Positions 20,963-30,684 of a DNA stretch of 64,000 bases are shown piece after piece. The notes below the pieces were generated by a model. The model was not told the DNA's origin and made no database searches. It worked only from the letters and a program-made list of their open reading frames with translations. Source of the stretch: Candidatus Moanibacter sp. (GTDB lineage: Bacteria > Verrucomicrobiota > Verrucomicrobiia > Opitutales > UBA2987). The stretch covers positions 224,001-288,000 of the forward strand of contig CBDCEW010000105.1 in NCBI GenBank assembly GCA_965215885.1, written 5' to 3'. The stretch's first letter is position 1. Every line of letters begins with the position of its first letter. A program made the position numbers and the translations under genes.

Positions 20963-22024
20963 ATGAGAACCCTCTCCATACCACTTACTATTCTCCTGAC
21001 CGCTTGTGCATTGCACGCATCACAGGAAACCGAATCACCTCTTCCCATCAAGGTCGTCGTTGTCGCCATGTTCGAAGCGGGCGAGGACACCGGCGACCGC
21101 CCAGGAGAATTCCAACACTGGGTCGAGCGATATTCCCTTCCGGAAAAGATCCCGTTCCCACACGGTTATCGCGACCTGCGCTACAACGAGCGCGGCGTCC
21201 TCGGTGTCGTAACCGGAATCGGAACAGCTAGAGCCGCGTCGACAATCATGGCCCTCGGCATGGATCCACGATTCGACCTGACGAATGCCTACTGGCTCGT
21301 CGCCGGTATTTCCGGCGTCGATCCGGCTGACATGTCACTCGGATCAACCGCTTGGGCGGAGTGGCTTGTCGACGGAGATATCGCCCACCAGATCGACATT
21401 CGGGAAGCGCCCGAAGAATGGCCCACCGGCTATGTCCCGTTGCGCAAATCCGTGCCCTACGAGCGTCCGCGGAAGAAAGACGACGAAGGCGCCGTCTACA
21501 GACTCAACGCGAACCTCACTGAATGGGCCTACCAGCTGACGAAGGATACTCCGCTCAAAGATAATGAAGAGTTGCAAGTGCTGCGCTCGCGATATGTGAA
21601 CTTTTCCACCGCGAGGAAGCCACCTTTTGTCCTCAAAGGAGACAATATGGCCTCATCGACCTTCTGGCACGGTGCGCTTCTCACAAAATGGGCAAACGAC
21701 TGGATCGATTATTGGACCGGCGGCGAAGGGAACTTCGTCACTGCCGCAATGGAAGACACCGGCACGCACCAGTCCCTCAACTTTCTCGCTCAGGCGGGAA
21801 AAGTAGATCCTTCACGTCTCATGGTGCTACGATCAGCGAGCAATTTCGTCATGCCTTACGAAGGTCTCACCGCCGCCCAGAGTCTCGCGGGCGAAAAAAA
21901 GGATAAGGGATACTCCGCCTACTTCCCCGCCCTCGAAAACGCCTATCGCGTAGGAAGCAGAGTGGTCAACGAGTTGGTAGAGAACTGGGATACGTATGAA
22001 AACAATATCCCTCTCGGAGAGTGA
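20963..22024 (+). CDS. NUP family protein, second paralogue with signal peptide
   Basis: Same motif set: PIKVVVVAMFE.GEDTGD.PGEFQ.W, DPRFDLT.AYWLVAGISGVDP, AMEDTGT, LRSASNF. Confidence 0.9.
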   Translation: MRTLSIPLTILLTACALHASQETESPLPIKVVVVAMFEAGEDTGDRPGEFQHWVERYSLPEKIPFPHGYRDLRYNERGVLGVVTGIGTARAASTIMALGMDPRFDLTNAYWLVAGISGVDPADMSLGSTAWAEWLVDGDIAHQIDIREAPEEWPTGYVPLRKSVPYERPRKKDDEGAVYRLNANLTEWAYQLTKDTPLKDNEELQVLRSRYVNFSTARKPPFVLKGDNMASSTFWHGALLTKWANDWIDYWTGGEGNFVTAAMEDTGTHQSLNFLAQAGKVDPSRLMVLRSASNFVMPYEGLTAAQSLAGEKKDKGYSAYFPALENAYRVGSRVVNELVENWDTYENNIPLGE

Positions 22025-22452
22025 CAGAAATGTCGCGAAAAATTCACATCATCATGGCGCCCTTTGCGCTCGTTCCTCTTTTCGCTTTCCTATTATTATC
22101 CGCAACCACTCTCGGAGCTTTCGGCGCAAGCCCGATCAGCGAAACCGTTATCCTTCACACACAAACGATTTCGAAGGCGCTTTCGACCCGATTCCGACCT
22201 ATTGCCGAAACGACATCGACTACCTCGCTGGCGGTGCTCATCTTGTCGCGTTGGTTGAGCAGATCCGCAAGTGGGAGGAAATCTAATTTCTACGCCTCCT
22301 TTCTTAACGCGACTGTATTCCGCGAATCAGCCGCCGGTCCCATACTAAATGACAGCCTTCTGATGTATTTCTCTATCCATCCCGAACCGAAACATCCGAA
22401 GGGGGGACGATTGATCGCTGTGGAGAACGAGAGATCTTCGTTCTTTGAATGA
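22021..22452 (+). CDS. Hypothetical small membrane protein
   Basis: Start overlaps the NUP stop codon; hydrophobic N-terminus; no recognised motif. Confidence 0.3.
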   Translation: MTEMSRKIHIIMAPFALVPLFAFLLLSATTLGAFGASPISETVILHTQTISKALSTRFRPIAETTSTTSLAVLILSRWLSRSASGRKSNFYASFLNATVFRESAAGPILNDSLLMYFSIHPEPKHPKGGRLIAVENERSSFFE

Positions 22453-22747
22453 ATACTCCTCGTCCTGTTCAGTCCCGCCCTCGGCGCGCCGCTCCTTTCA
22501 GGATCAAACGAGTTTGAAACGTCCGCGCCAACCAGGATCGACCTTCCATACAGTAGTAGCGCGGTGCTTTAGCCCGCGGCGCGCGGTGGGTTTTCGAAGC
22601 CCAGTGTGCGGTGAGGTTTCAGGTCACTCCGGCCCCCGGCCGGCCGGCTGGCCTGGTCAGAAAGAGAGTGAATCCCGAGGTAGCGACAGGACGAAAAGCT
22701 TCCGCTTTCCGCTACACCTTTCCATCAGATTCGTAGCGGGAGCAATA

Positions 22748-23938
22748 CTGAAGTGCCTGGCCCTCATTGGATCTATTCTTCCTGCCGCGGTGGACGCCCA
22801 TCTTCTCAATATGACCCGCGTTTCCATTGACGCGGACTTGGAAAATCAAACCATCTTGATTCGAGCCGAAATTGATCTCACGCGCTCCCTGGGTGGTTCG
22901 GAACCCTACATCGAATTATGCAAGCTTCCCGCCGATCAAGCCAGTCTTCAAGTACTTCCCCTTCTTGAGGCAATACTCGCAAAGGTCCACCTGAAGTACG
23001 CGGGCACCATCATCGAACCCGAAATTGAACGATTCGCACTCCCGGCCATGGAACCGGAAGAATTCAGAAAGCGATATGCCGCTCCCATGACCTGGGTTTG
23101 GCTCACTGCGCCGATGCCGGAAACTGACGGTAGCCTCGTCCTATCGACGGATCCGGATATTCCGATTGAATTCCCACTCGCCCTCACAATCGGTCTACCG
23201 GCGGAAAAACGGTTTATGACGCGTTGGCTGGACGCGGGCCAGAGAAGTCAACCATTCGCGATTTCGAATTCGCGGGGTGCATCACGGCAAAATCAGCTTG
23301 CCAACGGAATCGCGGAACCGGCTCCCCCCACAGCCGAGCAGGAATCCACCATCGATTCCAGCCCGGAAGTGCACCGCGATACCTGGTACGATGTCGCCCT
23401 CCAATACGTAAATCTCGGAATTACACATATTATCCCAAAAGGTCTCGACCATATCCTCTTTATTCTGGGTCTTTTCCTTCTCGCCATCCGCTGGAAGCCC
23501 CTTCTTCTCCAGGTCACCTTCTTCACCGTGGCGCACTCCGTCACGCTCGCCTTGGCAGTTATTGGCTCCATCTCTTTTTCGGCCAAGGTGGTGGAACCCC
23601 TAATCGCCGTTTCCATCGCTTACGTCGGCATCGAGAACATCTGGATGGCGAGACTCAGCCGCTTTCGTCTCGGCGTTGTGTTTCTTTTCGGTCTTTTACA
23701 CGGCATGGGGTTTGCGCGGGTGCTTCTCAATCTGGGCCTTCCGAAAGGGGAATTTCTGACCGCTCTCGTCTTTTTCAATGTCGGAGTCGAAGTCGGCCAG
23801 ATCTGTGTCCTCGCCTTCGCTTTCCTTGCTCTTGGCTGGTTCCGTAATTGGAAAAATTACAAGAACGTTATCCTCATTCCAGGCTCGGCTATCGTCAGCT
23901 GCGTGGCCATCTACTGGACTTTCGAGAGGATCTTTTGA
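22748..23938 (+). CDS. HupE/UreJ family protein with N-terminal periplasmic domain
   Basis: GITHIIPKGLDHILF, FTVAHSVTL, FGLLHGMGFA and FNVGVEVGQ motifs. Start is uncertain; the listed ORF start (22445) runs through repeat DNA. Confidence 0.88.
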   Translation: MKCLALIGSILPAAVDAHLLNMTRVSIDADLENQTILIRAEIDLTRSLGGSEPYIELCKLPADQASLQVLPLLEAILAKVHLKYAGTIIEPEIERFALPAMEPEEFRKRYAAPMTWVWLTAPMPETDGSLVLSTDPDIPIEFPLALTIGLPAEKRFMTRWLDAGQRSQPFAISNSRGASRQNQLANGIAEPAPPTAEQESTIDSSPEVHRDTWYDVALQYVNLGITHIIPKGLDHILFILGLFLLAIRWKPLLLQVTFFTVAHSVTLALAVIGSISFSAKVVEPLIAVSIAYVGIENIWMARLSRFRLGVVFLFGLLHGMGFARVLLNLGLPKGEFLTALVFFNVGVEVGQICVLAFAFLALGWFRNWKNYKNVILIPGSAIVSCVAIYWTFERIF

Positions 23939-23962
23939 ATCGATTCTGCTGAAAAAAAGCCC

Positions 23963-24035
23963 CCACGTTCTTGCGAACGCGGCTACGACCCTCCGTAAGT
24001 AGTTGATATTTGTAGCCGCGTTCGCAAGAACGTGG
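23963..24035. repeat. Inverted pair of 24-bp GTAG-type REP-like elements
   Basis: CCACGTTCTTGCGAACGCGGCTAC and its exact reverse complement at 24012-24035. Confidence 0.88.
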
Positions 24036-24180
24036 TCGCGGATTCCGAAACGGGAACGTTTTCAGCGTAATCTGAATAGGAGAAATTTTCTCAAGGGCGT
24101 AGCACAGAAGGTAAGAGAATACCCTCTTTGCGTGTTAGGCGAAGAATACAAATGCACAAGTCCATCAACAGCCAACAAGA

Positions 24181-26073
24181 ATGAAAATCACAGTCCAATT
24201 CATCATTCCCATATTCCTCTCAGCTCTAGCTTTCGGCGAAGCCGAAAGCTCCGAAAGCTTCCAGTTCAGCGACGAGATTGTGACACGCCAGCTTCTCATG
24301 CGAGTCGCCCTGGAAGACGAGCGTTCCGATCTCATCATCAAAGGTGTTGAGCTTCTCAGTGTCCATACTCTTACCTGGAACAAGAACTGGGACATCGTGA
24401 TCAGGGGCGATCGTATCGCATGGATCGGCCCCTCAGGCGAATGGACGGGAGATGCCGACCGATCTGTAGACGCCACGGGTTTTTTCGCTGTCCCGGGGTT
24501 CGGTGAATCGCACAAGCACATTGAGAGTTCACACCTCACACCGGAGTTCGAGGCGTCCCTTGTCATTCCATTCGGAAACACATGGACTGTTGAGGGCTCG
24601 CACGAGTTCTCCAATGTTTCCGGAGAGCACAACATCGAATTCTGGTTAACGCCGCGCAAACATGGAAGTCCGCTCAAGATTTTCCCTGAATTGGGATCCG
24701 CTACGCCGCCCACCCCGTATGAATCCGGCGGCGGTTATTACGGCTACAAGGAGATTCGGGAGAATATGGCCAAAGACCCCTGGGTAATAGGCCTCGGTGA
24801 AGTCATGGATTGGCCGCGAGTTTGGAATACGAGCTTACCCGGCTCTGAGCGAATTTGGCAGGTCATTCAAGCCGCCATGGATGCGGGTGGCGTCGTTGAG
24901 GGGCACGGCGGAGGACTCGTGAAAATTGACGACATCAACGCCTTCGCCGCCGCCGGCCTGGAGAGCGATCACGAGGTCCGCCTCGCCGAAGAGGCATGGA
25001 ACAAAGTCAACCGCGGGATATTCCTCCAACTGCGGTATAATGCGCTGCCCCTCGTGATTCCCTATCTCATGGAGAAGGGGATCCGGGATTGGTCGCATCT
25101 GTCCATCACCACGGACGACCGAAACGCTGCCGCTTCCCTCGAACTGGGGACCAATAATTACAATATTAAGATCGCCATCGACGCAGGGGCTCCCGTTGAA
25201 GCGGCCTATGCCATGGCAACTCTCTATCCGGCCAAACATGCCGGAGTGGACAATATCGTAGGTTCAATTACTCCCGGCAGGTATGCCGATATCGTGCTTC
25301 TTCGAGATCCCAAAACCGTAGACATAGCGAAAGTTTATGCCGACGGTAAGCTCGCCGCCGAGGACGGACGATACCTCCTCGATGTGCCGAAGATCGATTG
25401 GCCCGACTGGGCGAGAAATACCATCAAATTCAACCGTCAGTTCACGGCCGCGGATTTCGTAATCAACGCTCCTTCGAATGCGGACGCGGTGCACGCCGCC
25501 GTCCTCAAGCCCTACCATTTTGAGGAGGACTTTCTCGTTGAAACGCTTTCCGTTCGTGACGGCAAAGTCTTTCCCGATGCAGATAAGGAACTCACAAAGC
25601 TCGCCGTTATTGACCGCTATAGTGGTAGCGGAGCGATCTCGAAGATGTTTTGGAAAGGAGTCGGTCCGAAGACACCTCGCTCCGCCCTTACCTGCTCCGT
25701 CGCTCACGATCTGCACAACCCCTGGGTAATCGGCAATGACGATGCCGCCATGGCCCTCGCCGTAAACGAACTCGCTAAAATGGGCGGAGGTTGGGTCCTT
25801 GTAAAGGGTGGCCAGGTGACCGCCAAAGTAAAATTCGAGATCGGCGGCCTCATGAGCGCGCGGCCTCCCCAGGAAGTGGCCGACGAACTGAACGAACTCT
25901 TCGCCGCCGCCGATACCATGGAATGGATAGGCCAACCCGGACTGCCGCGCCGAATGATTTTCGCGTTCCTCACCTGCACACCCTGGAAGTGGGTCATCGT
26001 TGCCCCTTTCGATGGCGCACCTCAAGGCCTCGTCAAGGTAACTACCGGTGAATCACACCCCGTGGTCTGGTAA
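24181..26073 (+). CDS. ade: Adenine deaminase family protein with apparent signal peptide
   Basis: PGFGESHKHIESS (HxH), GLGEVMDW, EGH, SDHE, TTDD, SVAHD.HN and GGLMS motifs. Confidence 0.88.
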   Translation: MKITVQFIIPIFLSALAFGEAESSESFQFSDEIVTRQLLMRVALEDERSDLIIKGVELLSVHTLTWNKNWDIVIRGDRIAWIGPSGEWTGDADRSVDATGFFAVPGFGESHKHIESSHLTPEFEASLVIPFGNTWTVEGSHEFSNVSGEHNIEFWLTPRKHGSPLKIFPELGSATPPTPYESGGGYYGYKEIRENMAKDPWVIGLGEVMDWPRVWNTSLPGSERIWQVIQAAMDAGGVVEGHGGGLVKIDDINAFAAAGLESDHEVRLAEEAWNKVNRGIFLQLRYNALPLVIPYLMEKGIRDWSHLSITTDDRNAAASLELGTNNYNIKIAIDAGAPVEAAYAMATLYPAKHAGVDNIVGSITPGRYADIVLLRDPKTVDIAKVYADGKLAAEDGRYLLDVPKIDWPDWARNTIKFNRQFTAADFVINAPSNADAVHAAVLKPYHFEEDFLVETLSVRDGKVFPDADKELTKLAVIDRYSGSGAISKMFWKGVGPKTPRSALTCSVAHDLHNPWVIGNDDAAMALAVNELAKMGGGWVLVKGGQVTAKVKFEIGGLMSARPPQEVADELNELFAAADTMEWIGQPGLPRRMIFAFLTCTPWKWVIVAPFDGAPQGLVKVTTGESHPVVW

Positions 26074-26096
26074 ACGTTCGAAAGGTTGTTAGCTAA

Positions 26097-26233
26097 TCCA
26101 TCTCCCCGTCGTCGTCATAATCTTAGTCGAAACTCGAAGATCGACGGGAGACAACGATTGAGCGGCACGATGGGAGAGTGGGATTCCGATTCGGTCTTCC
26201 CGTCGTGAATCATAATCGTAATCGAAAATCGAA
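26097..26233. repeat. About 1.5 units of the same hairpin repeat as 19162-19508
   Basis: Shares CCCCGTCGTCGTCATAATC, GAAGATCGAC.GGAGA, CACGATGGGAGAG and CATAATCGTAATCGAAA; lies between convergent genes. Confidence 0.8.
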
Positions 26234-26242
26234 TTTCATCCT

Positions 26243-29213
26243 TCATCCTTTCCCCTCCCCCTTCTCCTTCGCTGCCGCCACCTTAAACGGCGCTGCAGTC
26301 CTTTGGGTTTTCTCGGCAAATCTATCACCGAGAATACGCGCAATATTGAGAAAGAGATGCGATGCCAGATAGGGCGAGAATCGTCTCAATGAGAGAATGA
26401 CTGAGGGAGCGTCCAAGGCCAGTAGCCGACTATCGGAGAGTGCCGTAATATCGGCCGTTCGGCGAATTTGGGAAACCAGCCCCACCTCACCGAAAACTTC
26501 TCCAAGCCTGAGTGTGGCGAGCTGCACACGATTGCTCCCTTCCGTAAAAGTCACTTCCAATTCACCGGCGATGATCACATACATCTTATTCCCCATATCG
26601 CCACGCCGGATAACGGTCTCCCCCTTCTTGAACTCCTCCACGTTTGATGCAAGAATCACTTTCTTAGCTTGCCATTTCGTCAACCCCTCAAAGAAAGGCG
26701 AACTTTCCAGAAGTCCGTACAAGCTCATCGACTCGCGCACGGCGAATGTTGAGTTCAAGAATGTCCCACAGAGTAACAATGCGGGTCTTTGCAAAGAATA
26801 CCGGCGTAATGATGAGATCACCCGCCAAAGCTAGCCAATCAGTAGCTTTCGGATAAGGTCTAGCTTGCCATTTCGTCAAGAAAGGCGAACTTTCCAGAAG
26901 CGCACGGCGAATGTTGAGTTCAAGAATGTCCCACAGAGTAACAATGCGGGTCTTTGCAAAGAATACCGGCGTAATGATGAGATCACCCGCCAAAGCTATT
27001 AGAACGACGCCGGCGCTTAGATATCCGAACTGCTGAACCGGCCCGAAACTGGAAAAAGCGAGGATCGAGAATCCTCCGGCCAGAGAAATCGAAGTGACAA
27101 GGATCGGCTTCAGCTCCGCCTTCAATGCGGCTTCTATTCCCTGGCGCTCATCCTTGAGCGATTTCAACTCCCTGTTGAATCGAACAAGGATATGGAGCGT
27201 ATCGTCGATCGCAAGCCCCAGAGTAATCGCGGCCACCATGCAGGTCCCCACGTTAAGCGAGACACCGATCAACCCCATGAACCCGAAGATCATAAAGATG
27301 GAAAAGAGATTAGCGACGAGGGTGAGGGCCCCACAGCGAAACGAGAGGAAGAGCGCGGAAACAATGACGAAGAGAACTAACGTCATGCTACCGAGCGACA
27401 AGATCTGCGCCTTGGTTATCGATTCGACCGCTGAAGCTGTAAGAACGGATTTGCCTGTCAGGGTGTATTTGAGAATCCCAAAACGTCCCGAATTGAGTTC
27501 CGCTCTCACCGCGCTCACCACGTTGTTAAATTCCGTGCTGTCATTGATATTGCACCGTATCACGATATTGGTCTCTGCATAATCGACCGATACATACGAC
27601 TCAAAGTCCTTAGGGTGAGCGAACAAGAGTAGCTGCGTAACGGCCGCTGACGTGTCCGGGATCGTGAAAAATGCTGGATCGCCCTCTCTCAATTGCTCGT
27701 TGATGCGAGAGACGACATCGGCAAATGAGATGGCGGAGTCCAGTTGATCGAGCGATCGAAGATAATCGGTGATAGCGTCTAGCCTTTTTAACTCAGCCGG
27801 CTGTAGAAAGCTGTCCGTAGTGCCGTGCAACGTCAGATAGATAAGCTTCGTTCCCGATAATTTCTCCGCCACTCGGTTGAGCTTTTGCACAACATGCGAC
27901 TCCGGGTTGAGAAACGAAACCAGGTCGTTGCTCAGTTTTATACGAGTGGATAGTGCCGTGGATATCGCCATGAAAGCGACAACAAGCCCGACCACGATGA
28001 GAATCCGCGGAACGATTCGATGCACGATCGCCCTGCTCAGATTCTCAGGATATCGCGATTCACTTCCCTCCTTTTCCGCTCCCAATACAAGCCTCCTGCC
28101 AAGCAGGCGAAGACAGGCGGGAAGAAAAAACACCGTTACGATAAACCGGGCGGTCATTCCGATCACGGCGGCGGTCCCGAATTCCCGCAGTATCGGCAGA
28201 TCGCTTATCGATGTGGCAGCGAATCCGAGGAATGTCGTCAAAGCAGTCAGCAACAACGCAAGAAAGAGCTCTTCGCCTGTCTTCTGCATCGCCTTGCTAC
28301 CATCTCCGGATTTCTTCAAGTTCTCCTGATACTCGTGGAGTATATGGACATCTTCGGTGGAGCCGATCACGAGAATCAAAACTGGAACGATGTAATTTAG
28401 AAAATTAACTGGAATCTGCAGGGTCGCCATCACTCCCAGCGTCCAAAAGGTTGCAATAGCAGCATTCACTGTCGGCAGTAGACCGAGTGCGATATTTCGC
28501 AGATTCAAAATCATCAAAATGACCAGCACGAGAGCCGCGAGGGGGAGAATGCGGATCTGATCGTAGCGAATATAGTCCGTCATCCACGTTTCAATCGCCG
28601 GACCTCCCACCTGGTAGAGTTCCTCAAAAGACTCTACATAGGGCTCGACCAGCTGTTGAATACGCTCATATATCTCCCGGTTTCCTGTTTCATCGAGGGC
28701 GCTCGGTCTGATATATACCGTGATAAGCGTATCCGTGCCGTCTTGCGATATGACGTTGCCAAGCAGGAGGGGATTCTCGACTGCCTGCTTCAACTTTCTC
28801 GATAACGCCTCCGGTTCTTCGGGAACCCGATGCAGGAGTGGCGCCGTCTCCAGGATACCATCGACGTCGCGAATATCGGGGAGAGTAAACAGGCTCTCAA
28901 CGCTCTGCACAAAGGGCAACCCCATCAGCTTGTCATTGAGTTCGCTCAACTCCAGCAAGCGCTCCCTCGTGAAAAGCGCTTCGTCCGCCGCGTAGACGGC
29001 CGCCATCTGATCCGATCCGAATCGATCCCGCGTCTCCTCATACTCCCTGAGGAGGGGACTATCTGGTTTAATCAGGCTGTCCGTAGAGACATCAAACCTG
29101 ACGTTCCTGGCAAAATATACGGCGAGGGCCGTAAGGAGAATCGTAACCGCGAATACAGCGTAACTCCAACGATATCCAAATACCAGAAAACGCCACATGC
29201 CTGCTTGATCCAC
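26243..29213 (-). pseudogene. MMPL/RND-family transporter with C-terminal cNMP-binding domain, broken by a local duplication
   Basis: Two MMPL halves (GSTEDVHIL, GLAIDDTLHIL); cNMP motif GEVFGEVGL...RTADI in 26243-26821; break at 26665-26998. Confidence 0.85.
26834..26860 (-). mobile_element. Isolated right end of the IS
   Basis: GCCAATCAGTAGCTTTCGGATAAGGTC followed by the target-like hexamer TAGCTT. Confidence 0.85.
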
Positions 29214-29235
29214 CGAGGGAAAGCGGCTTCTTGCA

Positions 29236-30107
29236 TCACTCCTCGGCTGTGACTACAAAACCGTAATCAAAGATGAATTCGTCAACCTCCTCGGGAGTCC
29301 ACTTCTCGATTTTAGCCGGGGTCAGAAGGTCCGCATCGATCTCCTCATCGATCCGTCCTTCGATGACCGTGAAAATCGTCGACGAATCTTTATCAAAATC
29401 CTGCATTACGGCACGGTGTGGCCGAACCGTTGCCCCTTTACCTTTGCCGATTCATAATCGTAGGCGTTGAGTACCTTCATCAGCTTCTCGCCAGGGCCGT
29501 AAAAGTCGATTTGCAAAAGATGGAAGGAGTCTCTCGCAATATATAGATCGCGATAGATGTATGCGCTGGCGTCCTCTTCCGAATTCGATTGCGCCCGCAC
29601 TTTGTAACAGACCACACCTGTAACAAAGGTGTCTTCCAATCGTTCATATTCGTAATTTCTTGGGATCTCCCTCACCAGATCCTCAAACGAATAATCCGAA
29701 CCCAGAAAAGCTCCCGATCGATTGTCCGTGCTGATCTTGCGCGTCTTCCCTATCGAGGGGAGGAAAAAGTACTGCTGGACCTTGTCATTTGGATCCTAGA
29801 TTGCGAGTAGCGTCACGCCCTCGACGTCCGGTGGTCGAACCAATCTGATAAACGAACCCCGCCCACCTTCCGGGTCCTTCCGGTATACCGCCAGAAAACG
29901 GCGCTCTTCCAGTCTTGGTCCTGGCAGGACAATCGTCATGCGGATATAGGCCAGTTCCGAATCAACCTCCTGCGTCTCGACATATCCATCGACGATCGCC
30001 CTTCCAGTCATCTCGATCCCTTCCTCATGGTGGGCAGCGCTAAGAGAAATCGCAGATACCAGGCAAACCGTTAGGAAAGGGGTTAACAGGAAAGATAAAG
30101 CCTTCAT
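29236..30107 (-). pseudogene. Outer-membrane lipoprotein-sorting (LolA-like) protein with in-frame TAG and a frameshift
   Basis: Reading through TAG 29796-29798 gives QQYFFLPSIGKTRKI..GAFLGSDYSFEDL. A frameshift lies in a G run near 29435; stop at 29236. Confidence 0.8.
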
Positions 30108-30288
30108 ATCGATATTTCTTGGATGAACACTTTAGAAATTCTCACCGCCAATGACCGATGTCCAGATCAAACTCTTAACCCGGACATGAGAAACAGGGTA
30201 AAAGGATTCCAGGAAGCAACTAGCTGATAAGCAAGAAGATAAAAAAAGAGCTAAACAAACCCGAGGGAATCAGTCATGTTAAGATGGG

Positions 30289-30684
30289 ATGAAAGACAAA
30301 AAATCTTACCAACTGAATCCTTCGATAGATCGTTTAACTCTGCGTCTGGTCCTGCCCGAAGAGCAGGAGCGATTCAATGATCTATTGAAACAACATCATT
30401 ATTTACACAGTGCGGGCAGCGCAGGAGAGACCCTGCGCTATGTGGCGCAGATCGACGGGCAATGGATGGGCCTGCTCTTGTGGGGGGCCGCATCCTACCG
30501 GCTGAAGGATCGAGACGAATGGATCGGGTGGGACGGGGCGCAACGGCATGCACGATTGAAACTGGTAGTACAGAACCGGCGTTTTCTGATTTTGCCCGGG
30601 GTGGATCTTGCAAATTTGGCCTCCAAGACGTTGGGTATGTGCCTGAGAGTCTTAGCCGATCACTGGCAGGAGACTTTTGGCTAG
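30289..30684 (+). pseudogene. Truncated DUF4338 (DruA-like) domain, probably the N-terminus of an ISAs1-type transposase fusion
   Basis: HHYL..GETLRYVA..RDEWIGW..VVQNRRFLILP..NLAS motif; cut off by IS copy 2; CAGGG at 30194 may be an ISAs1-like end. Confidence 0.75.

Noticed and set aside
22445..22747. N-terminal 100 aa of the HupE/UreJ ORF
   Set aside because: Runs through REP-like repeats and precedes the signal-peptide-like segment.
30289..30684. Druantia anti-phage system
   Set aside because: Only a truncated DUF4338 domain with no DruE helicase or other partners; this domain is commonly transposase-associated.
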